Shown here piece by piece: positions 10,304-19,923 of a stretch of DNA of 64,000 nt (the stretch's first letter is position 1; every line of letters begins with the position of its first letter). The DNA lies in NCBI GenBank assembly GCA_963828195.1, contig CAWHDT010000005.1:768001-832000 (forward strand), written 5' to 3'. The stretch comes from Candidatus Bathyarchaeota archaeon. GTDB lineage: Archaea; Thermoproteota; Bathyarchaeia; Bathyarchaeales; Bathycorpusculaceae. The position numbers and the translations under genes are program-made. A model generated the notes under the pieces. It was not told the DNA's origin, made no database searches, and was given only the letters and a program-made list of their open reading frames with translations.

Positions 10304-10657
10304 GGAAAATCATGACTTCTTCATTAGAATGGTGATTTCGTTTCGCGCGTTACCTAAAAATCCTTCAGTTGTTCCCACATTATTGAAGCATGGGTCCTCA
10401 GTGAGTGGGTTTTTCGTGATATTCTCCTCGTCTTCAAACCAAAACATTTCTGGTCAGCGCTTTTACCTATGAATGTGCATGAGAGTTTTTTAGTCTTATG
10501 CGTGTTAGTTATAAGTAAAAGAGGAAAATGCCGAACAAAAATGCACATTGCCAATTCGTCTTAGCCGAAGTAGAAAAGAAGGGTACTTTTTAGTTCTTGA
10601 AATCAGGTTAAAAAATAGGCGCTGGCAGGTTTGGCTTCTGCCCCGCACCTTTCTCAA

Positions 10658-11083
10658 CTAAGTTTTTGATGGCTTGCTAAAATATTTTTTAAGCGGATCC
10701 CAATACCACTCTACCCAGCCCTCAGCGGCGTCGTCTGCGATCTCTTCTGGAACATTCGAGTGCACCATAACAAGTTCTGTTCCTTCAGACACCTTACTGA
10801 AACACAACTCTAACCTGGAAGGGCCCGCGCCTTCTGGAAAATCAGTTGAAGTCCACTCTTGAACCGCCCGTTTTCCATCGTCTAGCTCAAGGTATTTCCC
10901 AAAAATGTACCCGTCCCAAGCCGTGAATTTGCCTCCGACCACGGCTTTGCCCGTGGCTTTGGTGCCTGTAAATTTGCTGTGTTTTTTCGGGTCAACATAG
11001 GCGTCATAAACCTCTTGGGGCGAGGCTGGGATAACTACTTTTTGTTTTATGGTTTTAACTTTTGCTTTCATAAAAAACCTCAC
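10658..11083 (-). CDS. SRPBCC/AHSA1-like protein
   Basis: IPASPQEVYDAY, GGKFTAWDG, GWVEWYWDPLK. Confidence 0.85.
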   Translation of the reverse strand: MRFFMKAKVKTIKQKVVIPASPQEVYDAYVDPKKHSKFTGTKATGKAVVGGKFTAWDGYIFGKYLELDDGKRAVQEWTSTDFPEGAGPSRLELCFSKVSEGTELVMVHSNVPEEIADDAAEGWVEWYWDPLKKYFSKPSKT

Positions 11084-11134
11084 CTACTGGAATAGTAGTT
11101 AGAAGGGTTTTTTAACCTTAACGTTAATTAGCCA

Positions 11135-11365
11135 TTGGGCAAAAAAATGGGCAGATGCACCGTCACGAAAGGCCAACGCAGAATAGGCAGAACAATACGC
11201 AAGCTAGAGGGAAGCGTTGAGCTTAGCGCCAAAGAGAGCAAGGCGAAGGAAGCGGAGAAAAATTATAAGCAGCAAACTCAATCATCAGTGGGTTGCGCGG
11301 ATGATTCGCCAATCCAGAACTTGCGAGACCCCTCAAAATGGAAAAAAGACGAAACAAAACCTTAG
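11135..11365 (+). CDS. Hypothetical basic protein
   Basis: ORF only; Lys/Arg-rich; divergent from the SRPBCC gene. Confidence 0.4.
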   Translation: MGKKMGRCTVTKGQRRIGRTIRKLEGSVELSAKESKAKEAEKNYKQQTQSSVGCADDSPIQNLRDPSKWKKDETKP

Positions 11366-11823
11366 GAAACCCAAAAAGAAATTCAGTCGATTTTCAATGG
11401 GAAAATTTTAATTAAATTTAAAACGATTTGCTCAGCGAATCAAACGTTCAACAAGATAGAGATTTGGGAATCCATTTGGGGTTTACGGTTTATAGGGGCT
11501 TGTTAAACGCTGATTCGCCGAAGCAATTCTTATTTTCTGTTCTGCTTTGCTTATTTCTCGGCAAACAATATAGAGTCCTTTTAGTGTTCTTAAGAGTTTC
11601 ACAAATATTCTATAGAAACTAAAAGTAAAGCTATATTTTATAAAGAAAAATTTTTATGAAGCCAATCATGTGGAGAATTTCTCAAAGCTGCTAATTCACG
11701 ACTCGAATTGTTAAACAAACAGTGCCCTAAGTCGTTTCGACCACTATTAGATTACTTGTTAGCATTGGCGCGGTTTGTTTAAGTTTTTTAAGCTGGAAAC
11801 GTCTATGTTTACTGGGGAAAGTT

Positions 11824-12183
11824 ATGTCGGCTTCTTTAGACATGGAAAATGATTGGAATTTTAGGGTTTTTGATAAACGGTTGATTATCGCTAAAACCAA
11901 AAATGAAAGTGTGCGTAAAGTTGCGGTTTTGGATGTTTTGACGAATTTGATGTTTGCAGTTGAGGTACCTGACATGATTTCGATGCATGAGTTGAGTATC
12001 GACACGGAGTATTTGGCTAACTTGAGAGTGTACACCTCAAAAAATGTGGGCAGTGTAGACAACGGCTTTATCGATTTTTTTGAAGCTTTAGATATTGACC
12101 AAAACATCGAAGACTTCATTAAAGCGTACTGGATTTACCCCAGCAAAATACGTTTTGAACTAATCGATATTGAAGAGCCATGA
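11824..12183 (+). CDS. Hypothetical protein
   Basis: ATG-initiated 119-aa ORF with protein-like composition, ending next to the convergent ftsY stop. Confidence 0.65.
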   Translation: MSASLDMENDWNFRVFDKRLIIAKTKNESVRKVAVLDVLTNLMFAVEVPDMISMHELSIDTEYLANLRVYTSKNVGSVDNGFIDFFEALDIDQNIEDFIKAYWIYPSKIRFELIDIEEP

Positions 12184-12184
12184 T

Positions 12185-13090
12185 CTACCGCAGTACCATG
12201 TTGACAAATTTTTCGGGGTTAAACAATTCCAAATCCTTATAGGTTTGCCCCACGCCGATGAACAGAATAGGTTTCTGAGTCACGTATGTCACGCTTAAGG
12301 CTGACCCGCCTTTTACGTCCGCATCTACCTTCGTTAGAATTGTTGCGTCTATACCGACAGCTTTGTTGAATTCTTCAGCCTGCATAACTGCGTCGTTACC
12401 AATCAGAGAATCAACAGCTAGTATTGTCAGGTCCGGGCAAACGACACGCTTTACTTTTATCAGCTCGTTCATCAGATTCTGATTGGTCTGCATCCTGCCC
12501 GCGGTGTCAACTAAAACAATGTTGATTCCATGTGATTTAGCATGGCTTACTGCATCATACGCTACTGCCGCGGGGTCTCCGCCGTAACTGCTTTTTATAA
12601 CGCGGATGCCTAAGCGTTTTCCATGCTCCTCAAGCTGCTCAATTGAGCCGGCGCGGTAAGTATCGGCGCCAGCAAGCACTACAGAGTAGCCTTTATCCCG
12701 GAGAAAATGTGCAACCTTCGCGATTGTGGTTGTTTTTCCCGTTCCGTTAATGCCTACAAACATTAAGATAAAGGGTTCTTTCTTGGCGCGTTTTTCCTCC
12801 GCCATCTTGAGCAAATCGATTTTTTTGCTGGTAAGCATGACTTCTAAAAGCACTTGTCTGAGATTTTCCTCGACAATTTTTGTTCTATCTTCGAGGCGTT
12901 TCACTTGGACGCCTGAGAGGCGTTTTATGAGGTCATCGCTGATTTTTTCCGCCACTGGATAAGCAACGTCGTTTTCACACAGACTCATTTTGAATTCCGA
13001 TAGAATAGGGTTTAGGTTTTCTGCTTTAAGCTCTGTGGTGGTAACTTTGTTTACTAAGCCTTTGAAACCTGACTTGAGCTTCTCAAACAT
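12185..13090 (-). CDS. ftsY: SRP receptor FtsY
   Basis: GINGTGKTTTIAK, DTYRAGSIEQL, DTAGRM, TKVDADVKGG, GVGQTYKDL. Confidence 0.97.
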   Translation of the reverse strand: MFEKLKSGFKGLVNKVTTTELKAENLNPILSEFKMSLCENDVAYPVAEKISDDLIKRLSGVQVKRLEDRTKIVEENLRQVLLEVMLTSKKIDLLKMAEEKRAKKEPFILMFVGINGTGKTTTIAKVAHFLRDKGYSVVLAGADTYRAGSIEQLEEHGKRLGIRVIKSSYGGDPAAVAYDAVSHAKSHGINIVLVDTAGRMQTNQNLMNELIKVKRVVCPDLTILAVDSLIGNDAVMQAEEFNKAVGIDATILTKVDADVKGGSALSVTYVTQKPILFIGVGQTYKDLELFNPEKFVNMVLR

Positions 13091-13094
13091 CGCT

Positions 13095-13535
13095 TCAAGG
13101 TTTCCCTTCTCTTGCGTTGCCGAGCATGGTTTCCAGCCTGCTTCTGCCAGTGTTGATTCGGTCAGCCACCTGCGTAAATTGTTGTTGAGCGGCGTTCATG
13201 GTTTTTTCCAGCTCATCGAGGCGTTCTTTGAGGGTTGTTTTTGCTTCCGGTAGAGTTTTCTCCATCGATACCCCCGCGCCCATTCCAACAATTATTTTGT
13301 TTGTGTCTACAAGTTTAACTTTCACGTATGCGCTGCCGCCGATTGGAACCAGAAGTTCAGAGTTTTCTTTCTCCTTTTCAATTCCATCCAGCGTCAAGTT
13401 AGCGTAAGTTAAGTCGGTGATGGCGGCGTTAACCATACTGATTCTTTGCTGCAGAGCATCTGCTGTTTGCTCTAAATAACGCATTTCCAAGCTGAGTTTA
13501 CGAAGTTCCTCTTCAGACTTGTCTCTTTGCGCCAA
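13095..13535 (-). CDS. pfdA: Prefoldin alpha subunit
   Basis: LLVPIGGSAYV...IIVGMGAGVSMEK flanked by coiled coils; conserved position between rpl18a and ftsY. TTG at 13535 chosen as start. Confidence 0.93.
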   Translation of the reverse strand: MAQRDKSEEELRKLSLEMRYLEQTADALQQRISMVNAAITDLTYANLTLDGIEKEKENSELLVPIGGSAYVKVKLVDTNKIIVGMGAGVSMEKTLPEAKTTLKERLDELEKTMNAAQQQFTQVADRINTGRSRLETMLGNAREGKP

Positions 13536-13539
13536 ATGT

Positions 13540-13767
13540 TTATTCTCCAGCAACGATTTTCTTTAAAATCGGATTCTCAATCTGGTCTGCAGAAACTTCT
13601 TCCACACTGGTTATTTTGATGTGGCACCTTTTTACTCGGTGTCTGCTGCCTATTTCAGCGTAAACCTTCTCCACTGCATGCTCACTTTTATCTGCCAGTA
13701 ATTCTCTTGCGAAGGGGGTGTTCAGCCTTGGCTTGCTGATTTGGCCGGTTACTTTGAAAGCCTTCAT
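13540..13767 (-). CDS. rpl18a: 50S ribosomal protein L18Ae/LX (eL20)
   Basis: HAVEKVYAEIGSRHRVKR..IKI; operon context. Confidence 0.92.
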   Translation of the reverse strand: MKAFKVTGQISKPRLNTPFARELLADKSEHAVEKVYAEIGSRHRVKRCHIKITSVEEVSADQIENPILKKIVAGE

Positions 13768-14447
13768 TTTTCTTCTTCCTGCACCACATCCAGCGCATTC
13801 CCAATAATAAACATCTCGGGTCCAGTGGTCATAGATCCAGCTACGGCGGCGTGTGAATTGGCAAGTAAACCCGTTCCAACGTAAGGAACACCGCAGTTTA
13901 TGGTGCCTACGTCAACGGGAACTTTGAAAACGGTTTCTAAGATTTTTCTCTCCTCATCCTTCAGCAGCGGGTGAGCTAGAACGCCTTTGTTTGTTGCAGT
14001 TGCTAAGGAGCCAACGTAAGGTAACCCCGCGATTTCTGTTGGCACCGCTTCAACGCCTAAAGCTTCGGAGATTTGTTTTATTTCGTTTTCTTTAAAGCGA
14101 GGATCCACAACTGCACCTTTGTCGTTGGCTAAGACTAGGTTGCCGTAAGCTGTTTTTTTGGTCTCCATAATTGTAAGATTGCCTTCAAAGGCTGATTTGA
14201 TTTGTGTGAGTTCTTCTTCGCGGACATAGTTTGGCAGCAACATCCCGTTTGAGTTTGCGCAGGCTAATGCTCCGCCCAGCACTGAGCCGCCGATGGATGT
14301 GTAGATCAGTTTGGTTTTTAGCCAATCTGCATACTCTTGAGCTTTCTCATGCGGAACCATTCTTGGAATCAACACTACGTTTTCGGTTGCCAACGCGTAC
14401 ACGCCGATGCTTGCGCTTCCAACTATGCTGGATAAATAAACCGTCAA
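13764..14447 (-). CDS. eif6: Translation initiation factor 6 (aIF6)
   Basis: SIGVY, ANSNGMLLP, GNLVLANDKGA, GTINCGVPYVGTG, TTGPE. Confidence 0.95.
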   Translation of the reverse strand: MTVYLSSIVGSASIGVYALATENVVLIPRMVPHEKAQEYADWLKTKLIYTSIGGSVLGGALACANSNGMLLPNYVREEELTQIKSAFEGNLTIMETKKTAYGNLVLANDKGAVVDPRFKENEIKQISEALGVEAVPTEIAGLPYVGSLATATNKGVLAHPLLKDEERKILETVFKVPVDVGTINCGVPYVGTGLLANSHAAVAGSMTTGPEMFIIGNALDVVQEEEK

Positions 14448-14560
14448 GAACTAATTTCTCCTGATGATCAACGTTGATGGCGAAGTTTCATAGCACACTT
14501 CCTATTTTAGATTGCGGTACCTATAACTGTTTACAGTTTCAATTTGGGTTCTTGGTTGCT

Positions 14561-14672
14561 TTGCTCTCCATGCTTTTTGTGGCTGTTTTTTGGCGCAAAT
14601 AGCAGGTATCCTCTTAGGCAGGGCAGTCAGGTTCGGGTTTTTAGGGGTTAGTTTGGGGTTTGGCGGAATTAA
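14561..14672 (-). repeat. Dispersed intergenic repeat, copy C
   Basis: Aligns by eye with 52416-52536 (both contain TCCTCTTAGG on +, flanked by TGTTTTTTGG..AAATA and GAATTAA) and with 47931-48040. Confidence 0.7.
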
Positions 14673-14882
14673 AAACGTGCGCATTAATATGCTGAATGCG
14701 TGGAGAAGTGTGTTGGCTCGGCATTAAGCGAAGTCTGAAACTTAAGTTGCCTTTTGTGAAAAAAAGTGCTGCGGTGCTGGCAAAACGAAAAATTGTGGGC
14801 TCCGCACAATCTTTTTAAAGTTGAAAAGAAACGTTAAGATAAAGTATGATTCAGCGAAGAGAGTTTAAGGTGGGTTTTAACT

Positions 14883-15956
14883 TTGACGTCTAAAGGTCCT
14901 TTACTTATGACTTCTTGGAGGGCAACCGGCTCCTGCAACGCCCGATGCCGATACTGCAATGTTGACGCTACGGGTAAGCATGCTCCAAGAGAAATGACTA
15001 CAGAAGAAGCTTTCCATTTGGTTGATGAAGTGCACAAGTTTGGCGTAAGATGGTTCGGCATAAAAGGCGGAGAACCCTTAACGCGGCAAGACATTTTTAA
15101 AATTGTGGGCTACGCAAAAAGTCTCGGTCTAAACGTTTGCCTATTAACGAACGGATGCTTTGTGGACGGAAAAATTTACGATAACCTTGTTAAAAACCAG
15201 GTTTGGACGTCCGTCAGCATCGATGGACCCGAAGAGATCAACGATCAACTGCGTGGAAAAGGTTCATACAAGAAGGCGCTGGCAGCCATCGAAAAATTGT
15301 CTGAGGGCAAAATCCTAAATGGCTTAGCCTGTGCAATTACGAACATTAACTACCAGCATTTAGATCACGTTGCCGAGTTAGCCGACAAATACCATGCAAA
15401 CTTTGTCTGGTTTAACCATCTTGTTCCCAGCGGAAGAGCGAAGACAACGATGGAGTTAACCCCGACGCCCGAGCAGTATGAGTGGACGCTCAACCACATA
15501 TGGGACTTAAGTCAAAAGTACGAGGGCAAATTTGAAATTCACGTTCACTGCCCACATTATGCGCGTGTGGTGAAACAAAGAAACCCACCGAACTTTGACG
15601 AGTGGTATGAACATAAATTTCATGGAAAATGCACCTACTTTGCTTTCGGAGGATACGTTAGCGTGACCGAAAACGGCGATTTAATCCCGTGCTTCTACAC
15701 TGATCTTCAGCCTTCGGAACCAATGATGCTTGGAAACATCAGGCAGAAAAGCCTCACTACAGCGTGGAAAGAAATTCAAGGATCGAAATATTACAGAAGC
15801 TTCCAAGACAGAAACGTGCTGAAGGGTAAATGCGGAGTCTGCGAATACCGCGAGTTATGCGGTGGCTGCCGAAACAGAGCTTACGCCTACACAGGAGACA
15901 TCTACGAGTCCGACCCCGCATGCATGTATGTACCTGAAAGCCTACGCAAAAAATAG
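14883..15956 (+). CDS. Radical SAM/SPASM protein (AhbC/AhbD/NirJ/PqqE-like)
   Basis: CNARCRYC, GGEPL, SIDG; SPASM-type Cys cluster GDLIPC...CGVCEYRELCGGCR...DPAC. Confidence 0.9.
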   Translation: MTSKGPLLMTSWRATGSCNARCRYCNVDATGKHAPREMTTEEAFHLVDEVHKFGVRWFGIKGGEPLTRQDIFKIVGYAKSLGLNVCLLTNGCFVDGKIYDNLVKNQVWTSVSIDGPEEINDQLRGKGSYKKALAAIEKLSEGKILNGLACAITNINYQHLDHVAELADKYHANFVWFNHLVPSGRAKTTMELTPTPEQYEWTLNHIWDLSQKYEGKFEIHVHCPHYARVVKQRNPPNFDEWYEHKFHGKCTYFAFGGYVSVTENGDLIPCFYTDLQPSEPMMLGNIRQKSLTTAWKEIQGSKYYRSFQDRNVLKGKCGVCEYRELCGGCRNRAYAYTGDIYESDPACMYVPESLRKK

Positions 15957-16080
15957 CACTCCGCCAACTCTTTTTCCAACTACAAAAAATAGTCGATTAA
16001 GAAAGAAGATTGTTTAAGGTAAATGGCTAACCGTAATTTTCGCAAAATCTGGCGGATTGATTGGGAAAGGATAGGTTGTT

Positions 16081-16587
16081 TTATGATTGGTGTTGTTTGA
16101 TGAATTTGGAGAGGTTGATTATTTCGAGGTCGCCTTTGCATCTGGGGCAGGTTGTTTGGATTTCGGGTGCTTTTGCTCCGATTTTAATTGGCACTCCGCA
16201 ATGGCAGCAGTAGTAGGTTAGGGTTTTTCCTTTCACCGCGAGGTTTTTGGTGAGGGCGCCTGCCTCTTTTTGCATCTGGGATTCTTTGTCTTTCTTTTTG
16301 TCAGGACCCGTTTTTTTCTCGGTGGAGAAGTCTTTGCAGGTTTCTGCTTGGACAAAATACGTGTTAAACCCGGCCTTCACAGGTGTCAGGGCTTCGCTGG
16401 TTTTTTTGCATGAATCCTCGTTGAAGTAGCCGCAGTCTTCGCATGTCTTCTTATTTTGATACTCTTTCTTTATTACCCAAAAACAATCTGCACAGTAAAC
16501 TTTCTCCTGCCCATTTGCAGTCACAACTAATCCTGAACCAGAGAAGGATTTCTTGCAGCTACTACATTCAAACTTCATAGCGTTCAC
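16081..16587 (-). CDS. Cys-rich multi Zn-finger hypothetical protein
   Basis: CSSC, CADC, CEDC, CCHC and CPRC motifs. Confidence 0.7.
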   Translation of the reverse strand: MNAMKFECSSCKKSFSGSGLVVTANGQEKVYCADCFWVIKKEYQNKKTCEDCGYFNEDSCKKTSEALTPVKAGFNTYFVQAETCKDFSTEKKTGPDKKKDKESQMQKEAGALTKNLAVKGKTLTYYCCHCGVPIKIGAKAPEIQTTCPRCKGDLEIINLSKFIKQHQS

Positions 16588-16813
16588 GTTAAAATTACTA
16601 TTTATCTAACTTTTATTTATTGTTTGATGCTTGAAAATACCATAATGTACGCTGACGGGCAATTAATTTTTGCGGTGAGAAAAAAAACGTCGATAGTGTT
16701 AGTTTTTGACCTTGACCTAGGTCTTATCTTGATTTTACTATCGTGTTTTTTCGTTTAATGAAGGGTAAGCTCTAAGAGGGGGAGCATTATACTGCTTGGG
16801 TAGGTGGATACAT

Positions 16814-16942
16814 TTGTCTAGAAAAGCAAAGAAAGCTGAAGGACTTGAACAACATAAAAAATTGCAACGCGAAAAAGATATGAAAAGAAAAGAGAAAAAA
16901 CAGGTTTCACTTCCAGCTAAACATACGAAGGGCAAGAAATAA
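16814..16942 (+). CDS. Small highly basic protein (42 aa, absent from ORF track)
   Basis: SD-like AGGTGGA, then TTG: MSRKAKKAEGLEQHKKLQREKDMKRKEKKQVSLPAKHTKGKK. Confidence 0.5.
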   Translation: MSRKAKKAEGLEQHKKLQREKDMKRKEKKQVSLPAKHTKGKK

Positions 16943-17388
16943 GTAGCCTTCGCTAAACAGCCATTTTCCTCGAAAATTTCATCACTATTTCTATAATAAC
17001 GCGAAAAGTTTCAAACGTTTTAATGTACACAAGGATTTATGGATGCTTCTCAGATGTTCAAAAACGCGAAATAGAACTAAGAAAAGTGCTGGGAAGGCTA
17101 TCTTTGCTTACGTCTAGACGTTTCCGTCGCAGTGGCAATGTTCGCGTTGTTCTGGGTCATCTGGTTCATCGAAGAAAAAGAAAAGTTTATGCCTATTTTT
17201 TCTTTTGGACATGTTCTTATCTCAACTTAAATTTAATATTGAACTGGTATAAACGTATTTTTGATTTTGCTCCCCTGTAGCTTGAGGTGTTGTTCCCAGC
17301 AGGTTTTTCGTGTCACGAGAGTTGTTGCCGACCGAGCGGAAACTAATTATTGCAGATAGGGAATTCCTCATGATGAGGAGTTTAGTGT

Positions 17389-19161
17389 ATGTTCATTAAA
17401 GATCCTGTCTGTGGGATGCCTTTAGACCCGTCTACAGCTCAGTTCATGACGAATTTTTTGTCCAGGCAATATTATTTTGATAGCGAGTACTGCATGAGCA
17501 GCTTTGTCGAAGGCGCCAAAATCGCTTATTTCTCCATGGAAATCGGCGTAAACCCTGATATGCCAACTTACAGCGGGGGCTTAGGCATTCTTGCGGGCGA
17601 CGTGATCAGGTCAAGTGCGGATTTGAGGATTCCGTTAGTTGCAGTGACTTTAATCAGCAGGAAAGGCTATCTGAGGCAGAAACTAACGCCTGACGGATGG
17701 CAGATTGAATCTCCCGAAGAGTGGGATCCTTCAAAGTTCATGAAGCTTTTACCCGAAACCACAATCGTCAAAATCGGCGGGCGCGACGTCAGAGTAGGCG
17801 TGTGGGTGTATGAGCAGGAGAGCCCAACGGGAGGAACCATCCCCGTGCTTTTCCTAACAACCGACGTTGAAGGGAACACGCAAGAGGACCGGGAAATCAC
17901 TGATTTTCTTTACGGAGGAGACGAAAAATACAGGTTGAAGCAGGAAATAGTGTTGGGTATAGGCGGGCTGCGCATTCTTGAGGCGTTGAAAATTAACGTT
18001 AAGAAATATCACATGAATGAGGGTCACAGTAGTCTTCTTACTCTTGAGCTGTTAAAGAACAATGATTTAAACGCTGACAAAGTAAGGAACCTCTGCGTTT
18101 TCACCACTCATACCCCTGTGGCGGCGGCATTTGACAAGTTTTCGTATGATATGCTTTCAGAAACTCTTGAAGCTGAAATGCCTGTGGAAATTTTGAAAAA
18201 ATATGGTGGGTCCGACAAATTGAACATGACGCTTCTGGCTCTAAATCTTAGCAAGTACACTAACGGTGTTACAGAAGCACATATGGAATTCTCAAGGAAA
18301 CTTTTTCCAGGATATCATATACAGGAAATAACTAACGGCGTTCACTCCTACAATTGGACCTGCCCATGTTTTAGAGCGCTATTTGACAGGTATATTCCTC
18401 GGTGGGCGAATGAGCCGGAGCTTCTGGTCAGAGTTGACGCTATCCCCGATGAGGAGTTATGGGAAGTCCACCAGATGGCTAAGCAAAATTTACTTGATTT
18501 TGTTCAAACCAGCACGGGGGTCAAGATGGACAGCGAAGTTTTAACTTTAGGGTTTGCTCGAAGAGCCACAGAGTACAAACGAGCCACAATGATATTTTCA
18601 GATCTTGACAAACTTAAGGAAGTTAAAAGCCAGGCTAACATTCAACTTATTTTCGCTGGAAAAGCACATCCGAAGGACACGGCGGGAAAAAACCTCATCA
18701 AAGACATCTATGAATACATTGACCGCTTGAAAGGAGAAATCGAAATCGTCTATCTTGAAAACTACAACATGGAAATGGCGGCGAAACTTACTTCTGGAGT
18801 TGATGTCTGGCTCAACACGCCCCTGCCGCCGTATGAAGCTTCAGGAACAAGCGGTATGAAAGCAGCACACAACGGCGTCGTCAACTTCAGCGTCTTAGAT
18901 GGCTGGTGGATCGAGGGTTGCGTAGAAGGCCTCACGGGCTGGGCGATAGGTCCGCCGCCTGATCAAGCCATCAGCGAGGAAGAAAGACGAAAACGAGAAC
19001 TTGGCGACCTCTACAACAAACTGGAATACCTCATAATTCCTAAGTTCTGCCAGCAGCGCGACGACTGGATCGACATGATGAGAAACTCCATTGGCAAAGT
19101 TGCATATTACTTCAATACGCATCGCATGGTGCGAAAATACGCCACAGACGCCTACCTTTAG
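17389..19161 (+). CDS. glgP: Alpha-glucan (glycogen/maltodextrin) phosphorylase with N-terminal YHS/TRASH domain
   Basis: IAYFSMEIG, YSGGLGILAGD, HMNEGH, FTTHTPV, GFARRATEYKR, PLP-Lys motif EASGTSGMKAAHNG; N-terminus KDPVCGM...YYFDSEYC. Confidence 0.93.
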   Translation: MFIKDPVCGMPLDPSTAQFMTNFLSRQYYFDSEYCMSSFVEGAKIAYFSMEIGVNPDMPTYSGGLGILAGDVIRSSADLRIPLVAVTLISRKGYLRQKLTPDGWQIESPEEWDPSKFMKLLPETTIVKIGGRDVRVGVWVYEQESPTGGTIPVLFLTTDVEGNTQEDREITDFLYGGDEKYRLKQEIVLGIGGLRILEALKINVKKYHMNEGHSSLLTLELLKNNDLNADKVRNLCVFTTHTPVAAAFDKFSYDMLSETLEAEMPVEILKKYGGSDKLNMTLLALNLSKYTNGVTEAHMEFSRKLFPGYHIQEITNGVHSYNWTCPCFRALFDRYIPRWANEPELLVRVDAIPDEELWEVHQMAKQNLLDFVQTSTGVKMDSEVLTLGFARRATEYKRATMIFSDLDKLKEVKSQANIQLIFAGKAHPKDTAGKNLIKDIYEYIDRLKGEIEIVYLENYNMEMAAKLTSGVDVWLNTPLPPYEASGTSGMKAAHNGVVNFSVLDGWWIEGCVEGLTGWAIGPPPDQAISEEERRKRELGDLYNKLEYLIIPKFCQQRDDWIDMMRNSIGKVAYYFNTHRMVRKYATDAYL

Positions 19162-19206
19162 ACGCTGTCAAAGCTTTTTCCGACCAGTGGAGCAGAAAGC
19201 TTGAAC

Positions 19207-19923
19207 TTAATAATACTGTTTCAACGGGTTTAGTGGGTCTGTCGCCAACTTTACGGAAGAGGGAACTAACATGTTGCGCCAGTCTTTTTCTAATTTGCAT
19301 TCTTCAGCCCCATCAACATTGACGTGTTGAATATTGAGAGCATATTCCATCGCTTGGTCCTGTGGGTTTTCAAGCTGAAGCATCTGCTCAAGGCTTAAAT
19401 TTTCGAAAGCGCGTCTAATTGGGCGCATCGAGTTGCCATGGCAGGAGATAGCCACGTTGCAGGCATCCTGTTGGAACCATTTTTTCAGCTGGTCGATAAA
19501 GGGCAAAGTGCGGCTTTCAACCATCTTGAGGCTTTCCCCTTCAGGAGGCGCAAAATCGTAGCCGCGGTGAATTTTTGCGAACCACTCAGGTTTTTCAGCT
19601 TTAAGCTCAAGTTTGCTTTTGCCCTGCAACGTGCCGTAGCACCGTTCAATCAGGCGGTCATCCACAAAAACTGGAACGTTGACGTGCGGCTTTAGGACAA
19701 TTTCAAGGGTTCGCTTCGCCCTCAAAAGATGCGACGTAAATGCATAATCAATTTTTTGGTTTTCCAGCTGTTTAGCAACCTGCTGCGCCTGCAAAACGCC
19801 TTTCGGAGTTAAATCTGGGTCACGCCAGCCTGAGAATATGCCGTTGCTGTTGTCGGTGGTTTCAGCATGTCTAAAAACGAACAAATTACATTTCATAAAC
19901 TTCGTCACCATGTAGTTGCGCAT
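19207..19923 (-). CDS. gpmA: Histidine phosphatase family, cofactor-dependent phosphoglycerate mutase-like
   Basis: FRHAET (RHG-like), FSGWRDPDLT, FTSHLLRA, ERCYGTLQG, PPEGESL, HGNSMR. Confidence 0.75.
   Translation of the reverse strand: MRNYMVTKFMKCNLFVFRHAETTDNSNGIFSGWRDPDLTPKGVLQAQQVAKQLENQKIDYAFTSHLLRAKRTLEIVLKPHVNVPVFVDDRLIERCYGTLQGKSKLELKAEKPEWFAKIHRGYDFAPPEGESLKMVESRTLPFIDQLKKWFQQDACNVAISCHGNSMRPIRRAFENLSLEQMLQLENPQDQAMEYALNIQHVNVDGAEECKLEKDWRNMLVPSSVKLATDPLNPLKQYY

Noticed and set aside
14502-14684. 60-aa ORF over repeat copy C (and ORFs 47981-48166 and 52213-52431 near the other copies)
   Set aside because: Reading frames are not conserved between repeat copies and the translations are low-complexity; likely non-coding.
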